From positions 94,411,982 through 94,475,981 of the forward strand of contig NC_090382.1 of the NCBI RefSeq assembly GCF_036365525.1: a stretch of DNA of 64,000 nt. Reading direction: 5' to 3'. Origin of the DNA: Heterodontus francisci. Lineage: Eukaryota. This document shows, one piece after another, positions 52,001-64,000 of this stretch (its first letter is position 1; every line of letters starts with the position of its first letter). A program made the position numbers and the translations under genes. The notes under the pieces are model-generated. The model did no database searches, had not been told where the DNA came from, and saw only the letters and a program-made list of their open reading frames with translations.

Positions 52001-53904
52001 GGATTGGAGCCCCTGGGATTCTATACAATGAGAAGGAGTTTGACCCGTTGGGAATCTATAAAATGGGCGTGAATGAAAAAGATTTGGTTGATTAGAATTT
52101 TATGCAGTGGGAATACAAACTGTCTCTAAAACAGACCTGAGGTCTGTTCTGCACTTATAGAAGTGCATTTGGTACATGGAATATAGGAGGAAAATGGAAT
52201 AGAATACCAGGGCAGGTACAAGATCGTACTTCCTTCATGGAGGAAGAGAGAAAATGAAAAGGGTCACCTTGTCTGCCATCTTCAATCCTAAAATGCCATT
52301 TGGAGAGGGCTGGCAGCTTCGTCAATGCTTGTTTTGTCAATTGTGGACTGGGGAAAAGATAACTTTTACACACAAAAATCAATGTGTTTCAGGATTATTT
52401 TTATTGCTATTTTTCCACAGACAGGATTTGGGAAAACTAATTACTTCCAATTTTGCATTTTAAAACTATGGGTTTACACAGGTTTTAGAAAGAAAAAGGC
52501 ACATTTGGAGAATGTGCATTAAAGCTGAACATTGATACCATTTACCCATGACAATTGGAAACAGTAGGCGAGTCATTATCTCGCATTTCTATAATGTCTT
52601 TAACATAGAAAAACATTCCAATTGCAATTGAACAGCCTGCTGAGGGGTTCTTTGTGTTGGTTTATTTGGACAAAAAAGAAAATGAACTACTTCAACTTTT
52701 ACAGATTCAAAATACAATATTCCCTTTGGTATCATTTCAGCTAAGTAGTCGGTTGTTTGAAATGTATTTAATCCACTTAAATGGAGCAGTCAATTAAACA
52801 AACCATCAATATCTTAATTTTCAAGAGCATATATATGACAATCTTCACACTTCAAACAGAATTTTTTTTTACAAAACAATAAAGGAACCTTTTGAGATAT
52901 TCAGAGCATTTCTTTTTGAAAGGCATATATGCCTTTCGTTTTTTGATTTGAATCCTAAGCAGATCAACAAAAAGGAATCATTTAAATATTGCTTTCAGAC
53001 CAAAGACATTTCATGACTTAAAAACAAAATCAGCTTTTTTTTGAAGACTCTGTCTCACTCCACTGCATTTTCTCAAATTGTGAATGCGCAAAAAGAAATC
53101 TTAGAAGAGACAAATATTTGGAACTACCTTGAAGTGTTTTTTGAACTTTGAAATTTTTATTTGAAGATTAAGCAATTGTTTTCTTGAATTATTTAGTTGG
53201 ACATTCCGATGAACTTTGGCGTTCAGTGGAGAGAATTACTTCAGCAAAAGGATTGTGAGGCACTTTCAATTAAAATTGGAGCAGATCATCTGCTGCACGA
53301 TTGTATCTTATTGAGCTCAGTGAATTTAATAGTTAGACATTAAGCAAAGCAATACATAATCTGAATTTTCAGGTGATAGGAACCATTCATCTGAGATGAT
53401 ACAGTGGAATTCAGAGATGGACTACAGAATAGCATTAGCCGAAGCTGTTGGATGCAAAGGCCACTTAAGATCTTTAGAAGCAGGTGGTATATGATGAAGT
53501 GACAGAAGGACCAAAAATGGCAACTGCATGACTGATGCTGGTTTATAAAAGATCTCAGTGTTAACAAAAACTTGAAAACAGTCCAACAAAAAAAACCTTA
53601 TTTAAAGAAAAATTGTTCTTGAGATCTGGGTGATACTACATTTCTCACCCATTCCAAGGGTGGAGTTTTTATATAAATGAAAGGTTGGGAACAGGGATGG
53701 GCAGTCACTTAAACCTGACCCTCAAGTCGGCGTCCCGGTTTCCTGATGCAAAACTGGCAGGCTCAAAGTTTAAAAGGCTCTGCTGAGAGCTGGAGGAGCC
53801 AACCAGTCCTGGATCGCTACATGGCCAGTTAAACCACTTAACAAGCTTGTTAAGGGCCAGTTTTCAACTTTATTTTGGAGGCACGGGATCCCTGTAGGGT
53901 CTTA

Positions 53905-54068
53905 ACCTTCAACTCCCTTCCTAACAGCACTGTTGGTGTATCAATACCACAGGGACTGCAGCGGTTCAAGGCGGCAGCTCACCACCACCTTCTCAAGGGC
54001 AATTAGGGATGGAAATTAAATGCTGGCCTGAGCAGCGATGCCCATATCCCATGAAATAATAAATAAAA
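53905..54068 (+). mobile_element. CR1-clade second family 3' UTR fragment
   Basis: ACTGCAGCGGTTCAAG..GCAGCTCACCACCACCTTCTCAAGGGCAATTAGGGATGG. Confidence 0.85.
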
Positions 54069-54509
54069 GAAAACCCATCGAGTCAACTGCACAGCATGGA
54101 GTGGAGTCACATTTCAGCCAAGCATGGTAAGAGTGGAAGATTCCTTTTCCCAAAGGTTATCAGTGAATCAGATAGAGTTTTTAAGGCAAGCCAGTAGGTT
54201 TCATTGCGATTTTTAAAGATGCTAGTTTACAAACTACCATGGTGGGATTTGAACTCTCAGCCATTAAGTTGCTGCTCCATTTCTAAGATCACTATTTACC
54301 CATATCATCTCAGCATGAAGTTCATTTCTGCATTGAAAACTCACAGAGGCCATCTTTCCACAACTCTGCATGAAAGTTTACAAGCAATCTGTCGTGTAAA
54401 CTGAATCTAACTAACCCCACCCCCTGCACATGGAAGGAATTAATGATGCTCCTAAGACCAAGAAAAACTGCCATTAGAGCAACCCAAAGTTAAATGATCA
54501 AGAAAGTAT

Positions 54510-55381
54510 TGTCATGAAGACCCTTACTGCCAAGAATGAGGCATATTAATTTTGTCATATGAACATCAATTTTAAACTGTTGCTGGAATGAAGAAATGAC
54601 TTGTTTAAAGAGATCAGCAGTGGCTAGAAAACATTTGCATAACAAGAGACAGTGTCTGGAGACAATAGAACAGCTCCCTGATCCAATTAACCCAAATGGA
54701 TTTTGATCAATAGACACTGAATATGTAAGAAAGAAAGCATTCCAGGGTGTCTGCTAAGATGGAGAATCCCCAAATGCAGGAGTTTGTTCTAACAGTTAGT
54801 CACATGACCAACCTTCTGGCCCAAGTTTTTGTTTGAACTGGTCACAGCACAGTTTGGGTCAGGTTGGAACTGAACTTGGAAGAAGAGAGCCTCTGTCCTG
54901 TTTAGCTCTCTCTCTCACACATCTCCGGATTCACTGAAGTCACTAAAACCTTAAGAGAGAAAAGACTCCTATCTTGAAACAAACTGCAAGACTTACCAGC
55001 AATCACAGACTCTACATCTAACTCAAAAGACCGTAAATAAATCCCAGCTATTGCCTCAAAATTTTCCCTTTTATTCTTTCAACTTCTCTGACTCTATCTG
55101 CGTGCGTGTTTATCGCGTATGCATGCTAGTGTGGTCGCGTCGCTTATTCATAGTAGTTAACCTAATTAGAGTTTAAGGTTAAAATACTTCCACCTTTCTT
55201 GTTTAAATCCAAGAAAACCTGTCTGGTTGATTTCTTTGCCTTACAATTGGAGAGCAGTGAACAAGGATTCACTGAGGGGGAGCTAAAAACACGGTGTTTT
55301 CAAAAATTAAACCCTGTTATGGTTAAACCTGGCAAAGGCTGAGAGGGAACCTTTAGACCCCTTTCTCACCTGATTGTAACA
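54510..55381 (+). mobile_element. 5' LTR of a Gmr1-like Gypsy element
   Basis: Begins TGTCA and ends TAACA. The start matches the LTR copy at 31027 (minus), and it is followed by a PBS and gag. Confidence 0.85.
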
Positions 55382-55387
55382 TAAATT

Positions 55388-55405
55388 TGGGGGCTCGTCT
55401 GGGAG
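55388..55405 (+). other. Primer-binding site complementary to the tRNA-Pro 3' end
   Basis: TGGGGGCTCGTCTGGGAG versus canonical PBS-Pro TGGGGGCTCGTCCGGGAT, 6 nt after the LTR end. Confidence 0.85.
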
Positions 55406-55517
55406 TGACCCACAGCCAGTGAGAAAATTGGAAGTGGGAAGTCAAATAGATTCCAATCAAAAAGAGAAAAGATTTCAATACAGGTTTTCTTGTGGTTGTT
55501 TGTGCTTGAATACTAAC

Positions 55518-56180
55518 ATGTCTGTGACTGAAGCCAGTAGCTCCCCAAGCCAGGGTGAAGTAACTTGGGATAAGTTAAAAACACTGTCTATGGAAGAGTT
55601 GAAGAAAATGGCTGAGCAGTGTGGGATTACTGACCGTGCCAAGGCTAGAAAGTCTGAACTCCTAAGACTAGTGGCCCACTATTTTTTCCCTTGAATCTGA
55701 AGAAGCAGAAACATGGTTAAAAATAGACTCCAACAGGGTATTGCTAGCAAAGATAAAATTGGAACAGAGGAAACTTGAATTTGAAGAAAGAGAAAGAGAG
55801 TGTCAAGAGAAAGAAAGAGCCTTCCAGAAGGAACATGAGGAAAGAGAAAGAGAGAGACAGGAGAAGGAAAAAGAGAGAGAGGAGAGAGAGAAAGAAAGAG
55901 CCTTCCAGAAGTAATGTGAAGAGAGAGAGCTGAGGCGGCTTGAGTTAACTGGGGGGAGTGACAGAGTAACCCCAATGAACACATGGCCAATATGGAGGAT
56001 CATAATTCAGGCTGGGTACAGAATTGTTAAAACTTTCCCAATTGATTCCAAAATTCAATGAGGGAGACGTGGAAGCATTTTTTTGTATCTTTTGAAAAAC
56101 GTGCATGGCAGTTAAAGTGGCCAGCTGAGGCCTGGACTCTCCTGCTACAAAGCAAGCTAACAGGAAAAGTCCATGAGGTT
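55518..56180 (+). pseudogene. Gypsy (Gmr1-like) gag N-terminal fragment, frameshifted, truncated by Penelope
   Basis: LKTLSMEELKKMAEQCGI..KARKSELL, a GA-rich E/R/K coiled-coil stretch, then LIPKFNEGDVEAFF..F ... KWP ... WTLLLQSKLTGK. Confidence 0.8.
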
Positions 56181-56184
56181 CATA

Positions 56185-58628
56185 AAAGCAAAATAATGCA
56201 GATGCTGGAAATCTGAAACAAAACAAAAAGTGCTGGAAATACTCAGCAGGTCTGGCAGCGTCAGTGGAGAGAGAAGCAAAGTTAATGTTTCAGGTCTGTG
56301 ACCGTTCATCAGAACTTGCAAAGTTTAGAAAATAATTAGGTTTTAAGCAAATGAAGGGGAGGGGCGTGAGGGAGAGAACAAAGGGAAAAGTGTTTAATAG
56401 GGCAGAGGGAGATTAAATAACAAAGCTGTCCTGGGACAAAGGCAAAGCATGGGTTAATACTTGTGGTGAAAGACAAAGCATTAGTCCAGACAGAGTGTGA
56501 ATAGTGGAATAATGAACAGATCTGACTACCTGAAAAACAGGCACATGATTAAAAAATAAAATATTAAAAAAAGGCCAGTCATGCTCTGAAGTTATTGAAC
56601 ACAATGTTCAGTCCGCAAGGCTGTAGAATGCCTAATCAAAAGATCAGGTGCTGCTCCTCGAGCTTGTGTTGATGTTCACTAGAGCACTGGAGCAGGACAA
56701 AGACAAAAATGTTGGCATGAGAGCAGGGGGAGTGTTGAAATGGCAAGCAACCGGAAGCTCGGGGTTATACTTTTGGACTGAGCGGAGGTGCTCAGCAAAG
56801 CACAAACCCAATCTGTGTGTGGGTCTCCCCAATGTAGAGGCGCCTGCATTGTGAGCAGCGAATACAGTATATTAAATTGAAAGAAGTACAAGTAAATTGC
56901 TGCTTCACCAGAAAGGAATGTTTGGGGCCTTGGATAGTGAGGAGAGAGGAGGTTAAAGGGCAGGTATTACACCTCCTACGATTGCATGGGAAGGTGCCGT
57001 GGGAAGGGGACGAAGTGTCAGAAGTAATGGAGGAGTGGACCAGGGTGTTGCGGACGGAACCCTTTGGAATGCTGACAGGGGAGTGGAAGATGCGTTTGGT
57101 GGTGAAATCATGCTGGAGGTGGTGGAAATGGTGAAGGATGATGCTCTGGATGTGGAGGTTGGTCGGGTGGAAAGTGAGGACAAGGGGAACCCTGTCGCGG
57201 TTCTGGTGGGAGGGGAAGGCGTGAGGGCCGGATATGGTTGAAGGCCTTGTCAACCACAGTGGGGGGTAATCCTTGGATGAGGAAAAAGAAAGACATAGCA
57301 GAGGTGCTGCTGTGGAAGGTTGCATCATCGGAGCAGATGTCTAGGAGATGGAGAAACTGGGAGAATGGAATGGGGTCCTTACAAGAGGCAGGATGTGAAG
57401 AAGTGTAGTCGAGGTAGCTGTGGGAATCCGTGGGCTTATAATGAATATTAGAAGACAGCCTATCCCCAGAGATGGAGACAGAGAAGTCGAGGAAGGGAAG
57501 GGAAGGGAAGTGTTGGAAATGGACCATGCAAAGGTGACAGAAGGGTGGAAATTGGAAGCAAAGTTGATAAAGTTTTCCAGTTCTGGGGGGAGCAGGAAAC
57601 GGCACCAATACAGTAATCAATGTACCGGAAAAAGAGTTGGGGGAGGGGGCCTGAGTAGGACTGGAACAAGGAATGTTCGACATATCCCACAAAAAGACAG
57701 CCATAATTAGCGCCCATGCGAGTACCCATAGCAACACCTTTTACTTGAAGGAAGTGAGTGGAGTTGAAGGAGGAGTTGTTCAATGTGAGAACAAGTTCAG
57801 CCAGGCGGAGGAGGGTGGTGGTGGAAGGGGACTGGTTGGGCCTCTGTTCAAGGAAGAAGCGGAGAGCCCTTAAACCATCCTGGTGGGGGATGGAGGTGTA
57901 GAGAGATTGGACGTTCATAGTGAAGAGGAAGTGGTTAGGCCAGGAAACTGGAAATTGTCAAAATGACGTAGGGTGTCAGAAGAGTCATGGATGTAGGTGG
58001 GAAGTGATTGGACCAGTGGAGAAAAGATAGAGTCAAGTTAGGAAGAAATAAGTTCAGTGGGGCAGGAACAGGCTGAAACGGTGGGTCTGCCAGGTCAGTC
58101 CTGTTTGTAGATTTTAGGAAGGAGGTAGAAGCAGGCTCTCCGGGATTGCGGGACTATGAGTTTGGAAGTTGTAGAGGGAAGATCTCTGGAGGAGATGAGG
58201 TCAGTGACAGTCCTGTGGACAGTAGCTTGATGTTCAGTGGTGGAGTCATGGGCCAGGGGGAGGTAGGAAGAGGTGTCTGAGAGTTGGCGCTAAGCCTCTG
58301 CAAGGGAGAGGTCGGTACGCTAGTCAACAACAGCACCACCCTTGGTGTAGCAAGTTCAGAGGGAGACCGGTTAGAGTGAGTGAGGGGAGCAGAGAAATTG
58401 AGACGGCCGATGTCTCGCTGACAGTTCTCAATGAAAAGATCAAGAGTGGTTAAGAGGCCAGATGCAGGGGTCCAGGTGGAGGGAGAATGCTGGAGGTGTG
58501 TGAATTGCCAGTTGGGGGGAGGACTCCCGGTCAAAGAAGTGAACCCGGAGGCGAAGGCGACGGAAGAAGAGCTCAACGTCATGCCGAGCGCAAAATGCAT
58601 TCAGGTGGGGGCGTAAGAGGATAAACCA
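56185..58628 (-). mobile_element. Penelope-like retroelement (RT plus GIY-YIG endonuclease), decayed
   Basis: VQSLYTSIPH, FLQVKGVAMGTRMG, FRYID, KPTDSHSYLDYTSSHP, and FTCTSFNLIYCIRCSQCRRLYIGET (GIY-YIG). Confidence 0.93.
56275..56320 (-). ncRNA. Minimal type I hammerhead ribozyme motif of the Penelope terminal repeat, probably mutated
   Basis: Minus strand GCAAGTT-CTGATGA-ACGGTCACAGACCT-GAAA-CATTAACTTTGC. It has both conserved core boxes, stem II GGTC/GACC and stem I AAGTT/AACTT. Confidence 0.65.
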
Positions 58629-58902
58629 CTTGTGACAGTCTCAAACAGATGCACAATTCAACTGGTCCACAAATCATTCAAGAGAACACAGCTGAGTGGG
58701 CTACACTCCCGTTTTAATGTATGTCAAATTCATGACCTGCAACCTAAAGCATTTTCTCCAGAAATTTGTCACCAGAAGTTTGATTTCTGTTGTGTCTATA
58801 TTAAGACTACCATTGGAGACACGGTGACGCTCGGATATGGTTATAAAAATGCCAGAAGCTAGCTAGCTCAAGTGGTTATTTTTCATTGTTGGCCAACCTA
58901 AT

Positions 58903-59628
58903 CAGTTGGATTTTACAGTGGAAATAACAGTGGGGCTATCAGCGCTCACTGTTATTTACGTGGAAATCAGACAGCAACTTCTGGTGTCTGCCCATGCACA
59001 GATAAATGCGGAAATCAGGAAATTGCTATCCGGGATGCCCTGTTTCTCCAAAAGCTGCCCAATATAGCTATTTTGGGGTCTGGCTCTCCTTACAAAAAAT
59101 ACATTGAATGGTGTGAAATTGCTGTACGCAACTCATAAATAAGAAATAAGCTCATCAGAAAAAGGTAGGGCTAATCTAATCCACTGTGAGTACCTTTTTA
59201 AAGGTCTTAAGTCTTAATTATCACAAAGCAACCTCTCCGGCATTGAAAATTAACATTTACAAATATGGAATCTTGTTCCTTTGGATTTTAATTATTGCTT
59301 GAGTTATTTTTTTACTTTTCATTTTTGTCTCTTTTATATCTCTCTATCTTAATTCAATCTTTCTTTCTCTCTCTTTATTTCACTTTACCTGATTTGACAT
59401 TGAATTCTATATTTTAACTGACACTTCCTTGTTCAGAATCTGTGCTTCTTCAATTTGACTGATTGAAGAGATACACAGTTGCTTGCCATCTTCACATACG
59501 TCCCAGGACCTCTGTGTAGGGCACGGTGCTTATTGGGTAGTTGGCTGATAGTGAGTTCCAGTGCAAAAGCCCACAGAACGTCTATGGGAGAGTTTGTGTA
59601 ATCTCACCATTAGCTGCAAAATTCAGGT
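58903..59628. mobile_element. MITE-like element
   Basis: Imperfect inverted ends GGATTTTACAG / CTGCAAAATTC resembling the Harbinger-type TIR core. Confidence 0.4.
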
Positions 59629-59780
59629 CATAAGAGTGTCAGCGGGATGGCAATGCAATCAATCCTTATCATTTTCTAACCCAAAGTCCAGCCATGTGAA
59701 TTTTCCAGGCAGAGTCACTGGATAATAATCACAGATTGGAAGTTGGCTGATATTTCCAGTCTGTAGTCATTTAAAAAAAC

Positions 59781-60086
59781 ATTTATTTAGAGATACAGCA
59801 CTGAAACAGTGCCCACCGAGTCTGTGCCGACCATCAACCACCCATTTATACTAATCGTACATTAATCCCATATTCCTACCACACCCCCATACTAGGGGCA
59901 ATTTATAATGGCCAATTTACTTATCAACCTGCAAGTCTTTGGCTGTGGGAGGAAACCAGAGCACCCGGCGAAAACCCATGCAGTCACAGGGAGAACTTGC
60001 AAACTCCGCACAGGCAGTACCCAGAATCGAACCCGGGTCGCTGGAGCTGTGAGGCTGCGGTGCTAACCACTGCACCACTGTGCCAC
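59781..60086 (-). mobile_element. HE1-type V-SINE, second copy
   Basis: Reverse complement of 48611-48937 with small internal deletions. B box GGTTCGATTC. Confidence 0.9.
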
Positions 60087-62414
60087 ACATTAACTGTTAT
60101 CTGAGCTGAGATCAGTTAATTCAAGATGGATTGAATTAAACCATCTGATTTGTATGATTTAGTACCACATTCCATGTTGCATTCATCCACGACCCCTTCC
60201 AAGGAGCTCCAGATTTTTTTTGTTCGTTTTGTGGGATGTGGCCATCACTGGCTAGGCCAGCATTTATTGCCCATCCCTAATTACCCTTGAACTGAGTGGC
60301 TTGCTAGGCCATTTCTTGATGTCTTTGCTTGAATAACAACAATGTACATCAAAAATAATCCATTGGCTGTAAAGTGATTTGGAATACAATATGATGCCAT
60401 GTAAATGTAACCGCATTCTCCTCCTTTCTGTACAAAAGAGCATATTGGCCTCGGGTTTCTGCTCAGTTTTCAGCACAATTCCCTGATATCAGCGTAGCCA
60501 GCGTAAAAGGTTGCAGAATTTTAAGCGCAAATTGGGTTAGTGCAAATTGAGTTTTTGTGATCTTCTGTGCTAGTTTTAAAACCATTGTGCTGGAAGCAGA
60601 CCCCACCCACAAAACTGGTCACACCTCCAGGATTAATTAATCACCATTGGGAGTTTTCATTAATTGTACTTATTTGCGGGCCTTTGAGGAGGCTTCAAAA
60701 ATTAAGCTGGATCTTTTGCGTGCCAGGAGACAAATGGGTGTGTTTTGAAATGTTTTGCATGATTTATTTACAAATTTACTAAGGAACTGACTATACCATT
60801 CTAACTAGAAAATAGTTTAAATCGTTTTAAACATTATTTTCAGTCATTTAAAATGGAGTTACTCACAAGAAGTGGACAGACACTGTGATTTAAAATGCTT
60901 ATTTTCTGTGATAAACCCATTTTCAGCAGTATAAACTTTGTCAAATTGTCGCCCTTAAATATATCAAGAAATATTTTTTAAAGCAAATTTAAAAAAAATT
61001 ATGTTCTAAATTGCCGCCTGATTGCATTGGGTTATGGCAGATTTTGCGCTCAATGATATGCAGATAAATTGAAGCGGCAACACTTTTCCAAGCCAGCGTA
61101 ATTTTGGGCGCAAACTGCTGATTGTGCCCAAAGTAAAAACTTACATTCACCTCCTAATCAAAAGTGGTACAATTGTTTAACTTTCCTCCTTTATTCCCCT
61201 TCATGCCATACACTATTCTTTCACTATGCTACTTAGTATGTAAATGTAACCACTTTCCATACAGTTGTTTAGTGCTCCCTCAGAATAGTGTCAATGGACT
61301 TCATTCAATCTTGATATTCTGCCCATGAATCATGAGCAACCCTAAAACACTCTTGTCTAGTCCCAGACACAACCATATATGAGCCAATGTCAACAGCAGG
61401 CTATTGTTGTACATACACCAAACATGGCATTTGCACGGTGATCAACACGCCAGCTCTATTTTGTCAGCTGTCTAACCATTCACAGCCTGAGGACATCTGC
61501 ACTAGAAAGACTGTTTCAAATGGAAAGTAAATTGTGGAATTTAACTGCCAGAACCACCCTTAAAAAGAGAACCTAAGGATGCCTTTTAGGAATCAAGCAG
61601 ATTGTGCCACAGCAAATACAATAACTGTAGTGATGTAAACTTTTGCAATGCCAGTTTTGTTTCCTGAAATTTTTTCATGTTTAAATTTTGACTAAAAATG
61701 ATTACTGATTAAAAGCCTTCATCCAATTTGTTAAAACAATTTACGAAGTGTCAGTACCTTTGGGCATGTAGAAAAACACTTAACTGCATGATTGAGATGG
61801 ACAACTGTTGCAACTTTGGATGTGTCATTGATATGATCTCGAATTCAGTGGCGTCGGTCTCCCAGAAGTAGTTTGAGAATATTACGGAAGGTTGACTCAC
61901 ACTGTCTTATATATACTCATACCATAATACAACCCAGGGCTGTAATAATCGTATGAGCTTGTGTGTGACCTGAACCAAACATTCATGTATTTTGTACAGG
62001 TGCTTCAATCTCTCTAAAGGCAGACTGAGCACATATTTAGTCAGATGAGGAACTACAAATTGATGAGCTGTTTCATTTCACTATATAGTGAATATGAAGA
62101 ACAACAATTATGACTGGATCCAGTCAATACAACTTATTTTTGTGTAATTGTAGAAAACAAAGGTCACACCAAACTTCACCACATGGGTCGTCTTACTGGC
62201 CACAAGTAGGGTGACTTCTAACTGTCCTCTGCTGGGACTTTTCTGGGACTCACTGCCTCACAGCTTTCTGCTTAGAAAAACTGACTGACAATTCATATCT
62301 CTGTTTTTTTACTTTCTTCTGTTAATATCAACATAATGGTTGTGCGTCAGTTTTCCATTGCTGAGATGAGCTAACAAATTGCATGTTGTTTACAGTCTTT
62401 GGGACAGACAAAGC

Positions 62415-62515
62415 AGAGGCAGCATTTATTGCCCATCCCAGGTTGCCATTGAAAAGATGGTGGTGAGCCTTTTTCTTGAACCGCTGCAGTCCATGTGGTG
62501 ATGGTACACCCACAG
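62415..62515 (-). mobile_element. CR1-clade second family 3' UTR fragment
   Basis: Matches 3730-3830. Confidence 0.8.
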
Positions 62516-63034
62516 CATATTAACCATCCAACATCTTGCTGATTTATCTTAAATTTGCTCAAACACACTTTTGTTCAAACCCTCATCATTTAAATGTAAG
62601 CTGTTTTGTTCTCCAAACCCTTCCTGCAGAAAAGTCAAAAAGTCCCAAAAAGTGTCAACAACAAAAAGGAGGATGTGAAATCTTGATTAAAAGGTTCATC
62701 AAAAGCACATGTTGGATGAATCAAGATGCATGAATAAATAATAGTGATTGGGCTGATCAGTCATATGGAGTGAGAGGAATGAACAAGGCAGTATGACTAC
62801 TGTAATTACACTCAGGCTGGTCCAGATCAATGTGTTGACAAAAGGAGATAAAAATTACTCTCATGCCTGGTTGCAAAACTTTCCAGCCATAATCGGGCTG
62901 AAGTTGAGAGAATGTGCCAGGCTGGAGAGGGGGAAGTGAAATGGAAAAAAATACACCTCCTATCGGTGAAATCCTTCAAGGCCTTAATTACAGAAACTCC
63001 TGAATGTATTTGGGAATTGTAATGGGGTTAGAAT

Positions 63035-63565
63035 GAATCATAGAATAGAATGGTTACAGCATCGGAGGAGACCATTCAGTCCGTCATGTATATGCTGGCT
63101 CTTTGAAGGAGAAATTCACCTAGTACTACTCTCCCGCCATCTCCCCATAGCCTTGCACATTCTTCCCTTTCAGATAATAATCCAATTCCCTCTTGAATGC
63201 CTCCACCTCATTCTCAGGCAGTGCATTCCAGATCCTAAACACTCACTCCATGAAGTAGTTTTTCCACATGTCGCCATTGCTTCTTTTGCCTATTACCTTA
63301 AATCTGTGCCCTCTGATTCTTGATCCATCCACCAGTGGGAACAGTTTCTCCCTATATACTCTGTCCAGACCCCTCATGATTTTGAATTCCTCTATCAAAT
63401 CTCCTCTCAACCTTCTCTTCTCCAAAAAAAACAGTCTCAACTTCTCCAATTTATCTACGGAACTGGAGTTCCTCATCCTTGCAACCATTCTCATGAATCT
63501 TTTCTGCACTCTAACACCTTCACATTCTTCCTAAAGTGTGGTGCCCAGAACTGGATGCAATACTC
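63035..63565 (-). mobile_element. CR1 3' fragment
   Basis: QKRFMRMV..LEKRRLRGDLIE.FKIMRGLDRV..SRIRGHRFKV with an (ATAGA) tail. Confidence 0.9.
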
Positions 63566-64000
63566 CATAGTCATAGAGTCATAGTGTCATAGTACAGCAT
63601 AGAAACAGGCCCTTCGGCCCACCGCGTCCATGCCGACCATAATGCCTATCTATATTAATCCCACCTGCCGGTATTAATTCCATATCCCTCTATGCCTTGC
63701 TCATTCAAGTACCTGTCCAGATGCCTTTTAAATGTCGCTGCTGTTCTTGCCTCCACCATCTCCTCTGGCAGCTCATTCCAGATACCCACTATTCTTTGTG
63801 TGAAAAATTTACCCCTTTGATCCCCTTTAAACCTCCTCCCTCTCACCTTAAATCTATGCCCTCTAGTTTTAGTCACCCCTACCATGGGAAACAGACTCTG
63901 GCTATCTACCCTATCTATGCCTCTCATAATTTTATATACCTGTATCATGTCCCCTCTCAGCCTCCTTCGCTCCAGGGAAAACAGACCCAGCCTATCCAAT
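63566..64000 (-). mobile_element. CR1 3' fragment running off the window end
   Basis: LGLFSLERRRLRGDMIQVYKIM..TRGHRFKV..FFTQRIVGIWNELP with a (TCATAG) tail. Confidence 0.92.

Noticed and set aside
50700-53560. Possible hAT/ZBED transposase fossil (IAHCRSLVHFFGHS-like peptide near 51640-51690)
   Set aside because: Only a short, weak resemblance, with no supporting hAT motifs found in register.
55770-55935. GA-rich simple repeat as an independent feature
   Set aside because: Explained by the E/R/K-rich coiled-coil part of the Gypsy gag.

Overview
Eukaryotic, repeat-dominated vertebrate genomic DNA. It is almost certainly a cartilaginous fish (shark or ray), judging by HE1-type V-SINEs, a Deu-domain SINE and HER1/CR1 LINEs. 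Nearly all long ORFs in the six-frame track are decayed transposon genes or antisense noise. These include CR1, L2, a second CR1-clade LINE family, RTE (BovB-like), a Penelope element with a hammerhead core, two pieces of one Gmr1-like Gypsy LTR family, and PIF/Harbinger transposase and Myb/SANT remnants with related GC-rich MITEs. The only candidate host gene is an unrecognised minus-strand chain of short exons at about 7.7-16.8 kb (possibly to 23 kb), whose splice phases join into one open frame. I see no convincing new multi-gene system, no CRISPR array and no rRNA or true tRNA genes. All family names come from recalled motifs, not database searches, and repeat boundaries are approximate.
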